64,000 nt of DNA, from assembly GCA_964035545.1 (NCBI GenBank), contig OZ037768.1, positions 20,009,700-20,073,699 on the forward strand, read 5' to 3'. Below, one piece after another: positions 15,001-27,409 of this stretch. The notes under the pieces were generated by a model that was given only the letters and a program-made list of their open reading frames with translations, was not told the DNA's origin and searched no databases. Origin of the DNA: Bugula neritina. Its lineage: Eukaryota > Animalia > Bryozoa. How positions within the stretch are numbered: position 1 is the first letter of the stretch; each line of letters starts with the position of its first letter. The position numbers and the translations under genes are program-made.

Positions 15001-18000
15001 GCTTTTTGTTTACAGAAGTAAGTGTATGTCCTGCACCATCTGTTGCTCACTACGCTGGTTACACCAAACAGTATACTACTGACTGTATAAATGGTAACTC
15101 ATGTCAAGTTGGAGAGACTGTGGAACTCAAGTGTACAGATGAGGAAACAGAAACTCTAAATAAACACATCTGTGAGAGTTCTTCCAATCAGACTGACTGG
15201 TTCCCTCAGCCCACATGTGGTAGGTTTTTGTCAAGAATTGTTATAGAGCTTTCAGTTTATCATTTTATTGAATAAATTTACAGATACTATGTAATTTTAT
15301 CACTTCTTACAGCGCCTATTATTTTGTATTTTTCCTTGAGTTAGCCTGCTATACTTATCCCTATTTATGTTCTTTGCCAAATTTTGCTACATCTTTTTCT
15401 TGTAATTTAACATGTAATCCAAGTGAATAATAATTATGGTTTCTATTTGCATTGTTTGCAAAACATTCTATCTAATAATTCTGGCTACATTTAGGTGCAT
15501 ACTGCAATGCCCCTCCTCACGTTCACTCTATTGACTGCTCAAGCTCTTTAGGAGAGTTTTCTCCAGGCAGATATGCGCACGGAACAGTGATACAATGCAC
15601 CTGTGCACCTGGATTTGTGAAAGGTGAGCATTCTATGGGTGATGCTTCTATAATAATTTGTCTATTCAAAGATTCTGAGTTTTATACCCAATTACAGTTC
15701 CTTCAGTCTCTTAGCAACTTTTATTTAAAAGATACTGGTGATTTGGCAGTTTTTAAATGATATCACACAGCATAAGCCTGAAAATCAACGCGCTCTACGT
15801 TCTAGGGCAGAAAAAGTTCATTTTGAGGATATCAATGTGGTATATATACTGGTTAGAATCATAGGTCGTATGCTTTTCAACAACTCAAGTTCAGTTGTAA
15901 AATTTAAATCATACCTTGTGATTTTGAGTTGCAGCTGCTATGGTAATTTTTAAATTAATCTGTTTAGGTGGAAATGCTGATGATCCTACTATGACATGTG
16001 CTGACGATGGTTGGAAAGTTAACAACTCATGCTTGGGTAAAAACTGGAATTATTTGTGTACACTAAATAAGTATTCATGATTGTTTGAAGTAATAGTTAT
16101 TTCACTAATAATTTTCAATTACACATTATAATAAACTTTCAGCTGATGCTCTTCCACTGCACCAGCAGAATGTAGATGTAAGATACTTGAAAATAGAAGA
16201 AAGGCCGTTTATCAGTATTTCTTGTGAAGACGGGTTTTATTTCAACAGACCTGCACCCCACGGCACATTGCTCTTTGACCTAGCTGAGGATGCGGCAGTT
16301 CTAAATGATACTTTATGTATACGTAAGTTTTCAGCTGCAATTTTAATTGTTTCTCATGCCAATTAGCTGCTAAAAATCAAATATCTCTTATGCATTTTAA
16401 TGTAAAATTGCTTTTTAATATAATTTAAATAAAGATAGGAAATTTATTTACATCACTGTATTTGTTTTTAAATACAACTTGGATTTAGCCATCATTTTAT
16501 GTGGTCATTTATAAAATATTGGTCATTTATTTATAATCCATTAAATTACAGGATAGACCATAATTTTTAATGGAGCCGAATATTAAACCTGAAGTCACTT
16601 GTTTTTTAGTTTCATTGTTCTATTAAATAATATAAGGTTTACTAATACTACTTCAAAGATAACTTATAAATGGCAACATATTATTATATTGCATCTGGAC
16701 AAAATCGGTTTAAGTCGTCTGCATGAAATTAGCTTCTTTCCTTCTCCTCTTTTATTATGCTGTGAAAATGTGACTTAATGAACAGAATAATAAGCTATTT
16801 TTTCAGCTTGTGTTATGTTTGATTATCAATAGTTAAGTTTTTCCTCGGTGCAAATGATTTGAACAAACATCTATTTAAATTGTTGAGAGAAGTCATCGAT
16901 TATATATATGTACATTTCGTTTTAAATATTTTTTTCTTATTTTCAGCTGGCTGCAGCCTTCTAGAAATTGAACAGGCCATTGATGGAGTGGTTATTATTC
17001 CGAAAGTTTCATTTTACGGACTGAATGCTGAGGTTGTCCTCGGATGTGCTGATGGTCAAATATTGGATGGAGCACAAGGTAGCCATATTAATTTTAAAGG
17101 CTTCCATGTTGCAAAACTTTCAAACAACAGTTTTCTGATGAAGTAGTTTTTCAGAGTAACTCGTTTAAGTTATGTGAACTTCACTGACATGATTGTGGGT
17201 AAATTTATTGAATCGTCTCATTTAAATATGTTGCCAAGAATGCAGTTATAGTTTTCAAATTAAGGTTTGGAAACAATTTTGCGATGCATTGGAATCAATG
17301 ATGCGAGATTTAATGAGAGGGCTAAGATCGTTGGCTTCATCTGGGACAATTTACCTACAAACACCTCATGTATGCATGGTAAGAAGAAAGCAATATTATT
17401 TCGCGATTACTAAAACATCAGAAAAACGTGACCTTAAACTGAAATGTATTTCTTGTAGAAGAGCGTTAAATGATTCTAGCATTTTTTACACAGCTGTCTA
17501 AAAGGCCATAATAGTGAAATATTGTTTTAGCAAACATAGAAAATATTTGCGGGTGCAATTTGCATATGAGTTTGAGTTTTTTGGATGAAATATAAATAAT
17601 AATTTATTGATATGGATGCTACTTTACAACAAATAATATTTACGTATATTTATATGTCACTAAACTTATAGAACGATAGGTCTAACTTGAAAAAGCTGTG
17701 TATAAAAGTTGTATTTTTTTAGAATTATTTGAAAGTAATTTATTTTAATTTCATTCTTGAAGCTGGAACTACAACTGAAGTTGACACTTCTCCTGACTCT
17801 ACCACAATATCTTTCAAATCCGAGTCTACAACTGGTTCGCAAACAATCTCTGATGTTCCAACCACAATAACAGAAGCAGATACCACAATTAATGCTGACA
17901 CTTCTCCTGATTTGACTACAACTGAAGTTGACACTTCCCCTGACTCTACCACAATATCTTTCAAATCAGAGTCTACAACTGGTGCGCAAACAATTTCTGA

Positions 18001-21000
18001 TGTTCCAACAACAATTACAGAAGTAGACACCACAATTAATGCTGACACTTCTCCTGATTTGACTACAACTGAAGTTGACACTTCTCCTGACTCTACCACA
18101 ACAGCATTCAAATCAGAGTCTACAACTGGTGCGCAAACAATTTCTGATGTTCCAACCACAATAACAGAAGCAGATACCACAATTAATATTGACACTTCTC
18201 CTGATTTAACTACAACTGAAGTTGACACTTCTCCTGACTCTACCACAACAGCATTCGGATCAGAGTCTACAACTGATGCGCAAACAATTTCTGATGTTCC
18301 AACAACAATTACAGAAGTAGACACCACAATTAATGCCGACACTTCTCCTGATTTGACCACAACTGAAGTTGACGCTTCCCCTGACTCTACCACAATATCT
18401 TTCAAATCCGAGTCTACAACTGGTGCGCAAACAATTTCTGATGTTCCAACAACAGTAACAGAAGTAGACACCTCAATTAATGCTGACACTTCTCCTGATT
18501 TGACCACAACTGAAGTTGACGCTTCTCCTGACTCTACCACAATATCTTTCAAATCAGAGTCTACAACTGGTGCGCAAACAATCTCTGATGTTCCAACCAC
18601 AATAACAGGAGTAGACACCACAATTAATGCTGACACTTCTCCTGATTTGACCACAACTGAAGTTGACGCTTCTCCTGACTTTACCACAATATCTTTCAAA
18701 TCAGAGTCTACAACTGGTTCGCAAACAATCTCTGATGTTACAACCACAATAACAGAAGCAGATACCACAATTAATGCTGACACTTCTCCTGATTTGACTA
18801 CAACTGAAGTTGACACTTCTCCTGATTCAACCACGACATCTTTCAAATCAGAGTCTACAACTGATGCGCAAACAATTTCTGATGTTCCAACCACAATAAC
18901 AGAAGCAGATACCACAATTAATGCTGACACTTCTCCTGATTTAACCACAACTGAAGTTGACGCTTCTCCTGACTCTACCACAATATCATTCAAATCAGAG
19001 TCTACAACTGGTTCGCAAACAATCTCTGATGTTCCAACCACAATAACAGAAGCAGATACCACAATTAATATTGACACTTCTCCTGATTTGTCTACAACTG
19101 AAGTTGACACTCCTTTTAACTCAACCACAACATCTTTCAAATCAGAGTCTACAACTGGTGCGCAAACAATTTCTGATGTTCCAACCACAATTACAGAAGT
19201 AGACACCACAATTAATGCCGACACTTCTCCTGATTTGACTACAACTGAAGTTGACACTTCTCCTGATTCTACCACAACAGCATTCAAATCAGAGTCTACA
19301 ACTGGTGCGCAAACAATCTCCGATGTTCCAACAACAGTAACAGAAGTAGACACTACAATTAATGCTGACACTTCTCCTGATTTGACTACAACTGAAGTTG
19401 ACACTTCTCTTGACTCTACCACAGTATCTTTCAAATCAGAGTCTACAACTGGTGCGCAAACAATCTCTGATGTTCCAACAACAATTACAGAAGTAGACAC
19501 CACAATTAATGCTGACACTTCTCCTGATTCGACTACAACTGAAGTTGACACTCCTTTTGACTCAACCACGACATCTTTCAAATCAGAGTCCACAACTGGT
19601 GCGCAAACAATTTCTGATGTTCCAACAACAATTACAGAAGTAGACACCACAATTAATACTGACACTTCTCCTGATTTGACCACAACTGAAGTTGACGCTT
19701 CTTCTGACTCTACCACAACAGCATTCAAATCAGAGTCTACAACTGGTGCGCAAACGATCTCTGATGTTCCAACAACAGTAACAGAAGTAGACACCACAAT
19801 TAATGCTGACACTTCTCCTGATTTGACTACAACTGAAGTTGACACTTCTCCTGACTCTACCACAATATCTTTCAAATCAGAGTCTACAACTGATGCGCAA
19901 ACAATTTCTGATGTTCCAACAACAATTACAGAAGTAGACACCACAATTAATGCTGACACTTCTCCTGATTTGACTACAACTGAAGTTGACACTTCTCCTG
20001 ACTCTACCACAACAGCATTCAAATCAGAGTCTACAACTGGTGCGCAAACAATCTCTGATGTTCCAACCACAATAACAGAAGTAGACACCACAATTAATGC
20101 TGACACTTCTCCTGATTTGACTACAACTGAAGTTGACACTTCTCCTGACTCTACCACAACAGCATTCAAATCAGAGTCTACAACTGGTACGCAAACAATC
20201 TCTGATGTTCCAACCACACTAACAGAAGCAGATACCACAATTAATGCTGACACTTCTCCTGATTTAACCACAACTGAAGTTGACGCTTCTCCTGACTCTA
20301 CCACAATATCATTCAAATCAGAGTCTACAACTGGTTCGCAAACAATCTCTGATGTTCCAACCACAATAACAGAAGCAGATACCACAATTAATGCTGACAC
20401 TTCTCCTGATTTGACTACAACTGAAGTTGACACTTCTCCTGACTCTACCACGACATCTTTCAAATCAGAGTCTACAACTGGTGCGCAAACAATTTCTGAT
20501 GTTCCAACAACAGTAACAGAAGTAGACACCACAATTAATGCTGACACTTCTCCTGATTTGACTACAACTGAAGTTGATACTTCTCCTGACTCTACCACAA
20601 CAGCATTCAAATCAGAGTCTACAACTGGTGCGCAAACAATCTCTGATGTTCCAACCACAATAACAGAAGCAGATACCACAATTAATATTGACACTTCTCC
20701 TGATTTGTCTACAACTGAAGTTGACACTCCTTTTAACTCAACCACAACATCTTTCAAATCAGAGTCTACAACTGGTGCGCAAACAATTTCTGATGTTCCA
20801 ACCACAATTACAGAAGTAGACACCACAATTAATGCCGACACTTCTCCTGATTTGACTACAACTGAAGTTGACACTTCTCCTGATTCTACCACAACAGCAT
20901 TCAAATCAGAGTCTACAACTGGTGCGCAAACAATCTCTGATGTTCCAACAACAGTAACAGAAGTAGACACCACAATTAATGCTGACACTTCTCCTGATTT

Positions 21001-24000
21001 GACTACAACTGAAGTTGACACTTCTCCTGACTCTACCACAACAGCATTCAAATCAGAGTCTACAACTGGTGCGCAAACAATCTCTGATGTTCCAACCACA
21101 ATAACAGAAGTAGACACCACAATTAATGCTGACACTTCTCCTGATTTGACTACAACTGAAGTTGACACTTCTCCTGACTCTACCACAACAGCATTCAAAT
21201 CAGAGTCTACAACTGGTACGCAAACAATCTCTGATGTTCCAACCACAATAACAGAAGCAGATACCACAATTAATATTGACACTTCTCCTGATTCGACTAC
21301 AACTGAAGTTGACACATCTTTTGACTCAACCACGACATCTTTCAAATCAGAGTCCACAACTGGTGCGCAACCAATTTCTGATGTTCCAACAACAATTACA
21401 GAAGTAGACACCACAATTAATACTGACACTTCTCCTGATTTGACCACAACTGAAGTTGACAGTTCTCCTGACTCTACCACAACAGCATTCAAATCAGAGT
21501 CTACAACTGGTGCGCAAACAATTTCTGATGTTCCAACAACTATTACAGAAGTAGACACCACAATTAATGCTGACACTTCTCCTGATTTGACTACAACTGA
21601 AGTTGACACTTCTCCTGACTCTACCACAACAGCATTCAAATCAGAATCCACAACTGGTGCGCAAACAATTTCTGATGTTCCAACAACAATTACAGAAGTA
21701 GACACCACAATTAATGTTGACACTTCTCCTGATTTGACCACAACTGAAGTTGACACTTCTCCTGACTCTACCACAACAGCATTCAAATCAGAGTCTACAA
21801 CTGGTGCGCAAACAATTTCTGATGTTCCAACAACTATTACAGAAGTAGACACCACAATTAATGCTGACACTTCTCCTGATTTGACTACAACTGAAGTTGA
21901 CAGTTCTCCTGACTCTACCACAACAGCATTCAAATCAGAATCCACAACTGGTGCGCAAACAATTTCTGATGTTCCAACAACAATTACAGAAGTAGACACC
22001 ACAATTAATGCCGACACTTCTCCTGATTTGACCACAACTGAAGTTGACGCTTCTCCTGACTCTACCACAACAGCATTCAAATCCGAGTCTACAACTGGTG
22101 CGCAAACAATTTCTGATGTTCCAACAACAGTAACAGAAGTAGACACCACAATTAATGCTGACACTTCTCCTGATTTGACTACAACTGAAGGTGACACTTC
22201 TCCTGACTCTACCACAACAGCATTCAAATCAGAATCCACAACTGGTGCGCAAACAATTTCTGATGTTCCAACAACAATTACAGAAGTAGACACCACAATT
22301 AATGCCGACACTTCTCCTGATTTGACCACAACTCAAGTTGACGCTTCTCCTGACTCTACCACAACAGCATTTAAATCCGAGTCTACAACTGGTGCGCAAA
22401 CAATTTCTGATGTTCCAACAACAGTAACAGAAGTAGACACCACAATTAATGCTGACACTTCTCCTGATTTGACTACAACTGAAGTTGACACTTCTCCTGA
22501 CTCTACCACAATATCTTTCAAATCAGAGTCTACAACTGATGCGCAAACAATTTCTGATGTTCCAACAACAATTACAGAAGTAGACACCACAATTAATGCT
22601 GACACTTCTCCTGATTTGACCACAACTGAAGTTGACACTTCTCCTGACTCAACCACAACATCTTTCATATCAGAGTCTACAACTGCTACGCAAACAATCT
22701 CAGATGTTCCAACCACAATAACAGAAGCAGATACCACATTTAATGCTGACACTTCTCTTGATTTGACTACAACCAATGTTGACACTTCTCCTGACTCTAC
22801 CACAACAATATTCAAATTAGAGTCTACAACTGGTGCGCAAACAATCTCTGATGTTCCAACAACAATTACAGAAGTAGACACCACAATTAATACTGACACT
22901 TCTCCTGATTTATCTACAACTGAAGTTGACACTCCTTTTAACTCAACCACGACATCTCTCAAATCAGAGTCTACAACTGTTGCCCAAACAATTTCTGATG
23001 TTCCAACCACAATAACAGAAGCAGATACCACAATTAATGCTGACACTTCTCCTGATTTGACTACAACTGAAGTAGACACTTCTCCTGACTCTGCCACAAC
23101 AGCATTCAAATCAGAGTCTACAACTGGTGCGCAAACAATCTCTGATGTTCCAACCACAATAACAGAAGCAGATACCACAATTAATGCTGACACTTCTCCT
23201 GATTTGACTACAACTGAAGTTGACACTTCTCCTGACTCTACCACAACAGTATTCAAATTAGAGTCTACAACTGGTGCGCAAACAATCTCTGATGTTCCAA
23301 CAACAATTACAGAAGTAGACACCACAATTAATACTGACACTTCTCCTGATTTATCTACAACTGAAGTTGACACTCCTTTTAACTCAACCACGACATCTTT
23401 CAAATCAGAGTCTACAACTGTTGCCCAAACAATTTCTGATGTTCCAACAACCATTACAGAAATAGACACTACAATTAATGCTGACACTTCTCCTGATTTG
23501 ACCACAACTGAGGTTGACACTTCTTCTGACTCTACCACAATATCTTTCAACTCAGAGTCTACAGCTGGTGCGCAAACAATTTCTGATGTTCCAACAACAA
23601 TTACAGAAGTAGACACCACAATTAATATTGACACTTCTCCTGCTTTGACCACAACTGAAGTTGACACTTCTCCTGACTCTACCACATTAGCATTCAAATC
23701 AGAGTCTACAACTGCTGCGCAAACAATCTCTTATATTCCAACCACAATAACAAAAGCAGATACCACAATTAACATTGACACTTCTCCTGATTTAACTACA
23801 ACTGAAGTTGACACTCCTTTTGACTCAACCACGACATCTTTCAACTCAGAATCTACAACTGGTGCGCAAACAATTTCTGATGTTCCAACAACAGTAACAG
23901 AAGCAGACACTACAATTACTGCTGACACTTCTCCTGGTTTGACTGCAACTAAAATTCATACTCCTTCTAACTTCGTACCCAGTAACCCTACTACGTCTGC

Positions 24001-25170
24001 AGTGACAGATCCTACACCCGATTCTTATGTAACAGCTCCTGTAGCAAAGTCTACTACAGAAGTCATGTCTACTTCAACTGTTGCAGACACTACTACCGAA
24101 CTCCATAGCGGTAAGTACACTTAGGTAATTTTTTCAAGTTCGTATTTTCTAAGTGCTTTTTTCCAAGCAACTCTTCCAACTCTGTTTATCCTACAGACCA
24201 GCTCTCTTCAGTACAGTCTTCTCGCTCTGACTCAACGCCTGGTTCAACTAACAGTGATGTCACAAGTGACCCTCCTTCTTCTACCTCTGAAGCTGTTGTG
24301 CCTACTATGACAGAGATTGAATATATGATTCCTATGGATTTTACCACAGGTATTGTTTTTTTCTTTCATTCAATCTTAGTTTTGTTCCTAATGCTCATAG
24401 TTTTATGTCTAATAATATATATGCAGTTGAATATTGTATAATTTTATTCAGTTTTCAATCAAACCTATAGGTATATTTTGAAGCTCACTCTGCTTTGATG
24501 TATATAATGCTGTTTGCACTAAGTTAGTGCTCTTGCTATAGTTTTGCAATGCTAGTTAGCCAACTTATTGATCAATTTAAAAAGTTATTTTGCATTTTGG
24601 TGTCAGTTTCATGATTTTTTATAAAGTAAATGTAATTGGAAACTCGTTTCATGTATTTTACTTTTTCTTTTTAAGTACGTTAAGAAGCACTAATCTTATT
24701 TATCATGAATTCAGCATAATATCCTCTTGAGTTGCACATTTGCATTTTCGTTATTTTGTATTTTCCTGATTTGTGTTGTAGAGCGGGACACAGATCCTGT
24801 TGCTGAGGAGACGCCTTTCTACTATCAAACCACATGTAATATACTCCCTCCCTCCTTCATGTTTTTTATCAATTGGTCATATGCTGTCTGTCCAATATTC
24901 TCTTTTTTTAAATTACTTTTTTGTGTGACTGAGCTGTTAGATTCACATATATTGCTATAGATCTCATCAGTGTTTGTCCATTGCATATATTATTTATACT
25001 TTCATACATTTTTAGATGAGAAGCCTTGGCGAGAAACGACTGCTGAATTTTCATCGCCCACTCCATTGGGACTTGAGGGTTCAAGTGATAGCCCACCAAC
25101 ACTCGCATCTTCATTGGTTTTCATCATATTCATGTTGATTCTTCATGTTGTTTTTGTTTTGCTATTTTAA
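1..25170 (+). CDS. Giant multi-exon cell-surface protein (5'-truncated): F-type-lectin/discoidin-fold repeats + sushi/CCP-like repeats + mucin stalk + GPI-type tail
   Basis: Manual GT-AG model; every junction is phase-consistent. Exons: <1-17,130-255,519-746,955-1194,1300-1459,1553-1824,2049-2282,2678-2866,2977-3195,3436-3624,4281-4511,4684-4879,5084-5127,5279-5464,5561-5726,5941-5999,6132-6332,6729-6947,7410-7595,7695-7829,7981-8091,8202-8241,8390-8415,8616-8810,8928-9158,9280-9483,9594-9824,10031-10231,10377-10601,11166-11402,11564-11800,12108-12282,12662-12933,13024-13257,13410-13601,13722-13964,14186-14348,14654-14715,15016-15219,15495-15623,15968-16036,16143-16322,16947-17078,17265-17378,17763-24110,24197-24349,24782-24835,25016-25170. 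Recurrent NLA..G...QSS/AIDG/WW.VDL/RHVA...L.L.EV.V.G motifs (F-type lectin fold) and C..P..C..G..C...W...C motifs (sushi-like). Confidence 0.85.
1553..2282 (+). other. Representative F-type-lectin-fold domain (two exons, 1553-1824 and 2049-2282)
   Basis: NLASLGSATQSS...ADVAIDG...QWWKVDLGH...PARHVAILS...LALQEVQVFG follows the FTP/fucolectin scaffold. The same scaffold occurs at 130-746, 2678-3195, 3436-4511, 8616-9158, 9280-9824, 10031-10601, 12662-13257 and 13410-13964. Confidence 0.8.
17768..23941 (+). repeat. Coding tandem array: 42 x 147 nt (49 aa, TTTEVDTSPDSTTxxFKSESTTGAQTISDVPTTITEVDTTINADTSPDL), mucin/PTS stalk
   Basis: Units start at 17768, 17915 and so on; 6174/147 = 42 with no length variation. 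About 45% Ser/Thr, with 9 acidic and 1 basic residue per unit. Lies in exon 17763-24110 (ag|CT ... G|gtaag). Confidence 0.95.
25016..25170 (+). other. Terminal exon encoding a probable GPI-anchor signal
   Basis: ...LEGSSDSPPTLASSLVFIIFMLILHVVFVLLF-stop: small residues (GSSDS), a short spacer, then a hydrophobic tail running to the stop with no cytoplasmic residues. Confidence 0.7.
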
Positions 25171-27409
25171 ATCATCCCTAGGACCATTGGTCATTGAAAG
25201 ATAAAATCAGCTATAATTTACACTATGCTGGAAAAAATCATAGGGTTTTCTTTTGTCTTTCTAATGGTATTTTTTTGTAAGTTTTTTTGCTTTCCATGTT
25301 GATCTGTAAATGTGACTATTGCTCCGTTTTACTGGCTACACTTGAAATGGTGACCAAAGCTCTGCTCAGCTTAGAAATATTCTAAATCAACATTTACCTT
25401 CTGTTACAAGAACAATCCAACTACAGTTCCATCACAGAGCCATTATTTCATTGGTTAATACCTTTCCACAGACTCGCATCGCCAGCTGTTTATCCAAGCA
25501 TTGCAGCCATCTTTATCTACATCACTAACACTTGAGATCTCCTGCCATTTCTACCTCTTGTCTCTGTTTACTGAGTAACTTTCGCCTGCAGATCTTTACC
25601 AAGAGGACGGTGCTTTTACTGAGAACTTTCCCAGTGACAATATAATCAACTCTGAACATAGTTTGACTACTCTTAGCATCACACGCTGCTTTGACTATGA
25701 TGAGCGATTTTGCATCTACTTTCATTTGGAATCAGAGTCAGCCATTACAACAACCATCAACCTGGCTCTCATTGTGGATTGAATGGAAGTTAGATAAGAA
25801 ACTAATTGCAACAAATACTATTCACTATATGTGTGCAGTTTAAGCGTAGACATAGTCACATCTATCAGATCTTCATGTTGTATGTATGTCTGTCTCTTTT
25901 TCTGTCTGTCTGCCCATATGTTTTTTGTTTTCGAATTATGAAATTAATTTAGTCTTGTGTTTTTATTTGTATACCATTATAAGACTCTTTGTGTACTGTC
26001 AAATTAATGTGTCATGTTCAAACTATCATTATATTTAACCAATAAATTATGTCCATAGTTATTATGTTTAGTTTTAACTTCTCAAATCATGCAAATTATT
26101 ATGCTTGTGTGCATGATCTTCAAATACACTCTAGAGTTACCTTGAGTTGTGGAAATATTCAAATTGAACTTTAATCAGTGAAAGTTTTCCTCTCAGCTTT
26201 TGAAACCTTCACACACCAGTTGGTCGTCATCGTGCAACGCAACATCAACACGTGCATTATTTAAGCACAAACTTCATTAAAAAGGCTATGTGATTGCACA
26301 AGCATACATATAAGCAAGCATTCGAGTGCAAGCACTTGTAATAACTTGAATGCAGCTATAAGTACTTGTGCAAGCATGTAGAAATTATATAAAGTGCAAC
26401 GCTATAAAGAGGCAATGTCCTTGCTTTCAAATGACCACATTATGATGAGCCAAGCCAATGCTAAACATCCCTATTTATAATTTTGAGCCGCACTATTTGC
26501 AGTTGCTGGTCAGCTCTCATTCTCAACCTGAACAAAAGATTGAAGGATTCCTTAAAATTGTCCAGAGTGGCAAACTTTAACCTCTTCTATAATTTCATCA
26601 CATTTCTACAATTTTGTCAGTGTGGTAAAAGCAGTCTTTCCCCCCCCCCCTCAAGTTTGCAAGCTAGCTCACTACTCTTTACACTACACACTTTATGCAG
26701 TTAAAATAAAATTACAGTTATCAAATTAATATCTGTTATAGCAGATGCTGCTTGGATAGCAAGCCAAGAGTTTCTGAGAATTTTATGGCAACTTAAAGAA
26801 TGAAAGCAAATTGCAGAGCTATAGCGCTGGTAAAAAAGCTTTTAACATTAAAAGAACCGTAATCCTAAATATTTTATAAATATATGAACCCCTTGCACAC
26901 AGTCGTACATTTGTTTAACTAGGTTTCTACTTTCGAAGTAGCTTTTAGTAAAGATTTTAGTAATGGAATTGTCGAAGTCTATAAAGTCGCCAACAGAGGG
27001 AAGAGGAAGATGTGCAGCACATCCAAAGAGCATTTTATTGAGAGAGCTGGGCATGTTGAAATCGTCTGATGCTCCTATCTTCAACAGAGACATTACGCTG
27101 ACACTCCTACACACACAGTAACTGCTAATCCAATTACTTATTGAGTGTATTTAATATCTTTATACAGTTTCCATTGCATTTTCCTGTTAATTTATAGCAG
27201 TTTTACATAATAAAAGTAGAAGCGTTTTGCAAAAGAAATGAGTTCAAGTGTTTTCCACATCCTTATTGGGGCAAATTATGCATCTGGCTATAAATATTGT
27301 TTTTCAAACTTTAGTTTAAGCAGAAGTTTTTACCAGCTCAAACTATAATTTTCAGTATTTACATCAACTACGTATGACAAGTAAGCTGAAAAGTCTCCTA
27401 TGAAACTTT

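Noticed and set aside
17740-23928. Long Val/Ser-rich minus-strand ORFs (1529, 454 and 65 aa)
   Set aside because: Antisense shadow of the Thr/Ser repeat. They are interrupted by stops, whereas the plus frame is intact and bounded by splice sites.
17768-23941. CRISPR-like or non-coding satellite interpretation of the array
   Set aside because: No unique spacers; it is a contiguous 147-nt in-frame coding repeat inside a eukaryotic exon.
26740-27120. Exon-like open frames on both strands (including the 88-aa minus ORF)
   Set aside because: No recognisable motif, and I could not link them into a phase-consistent model.
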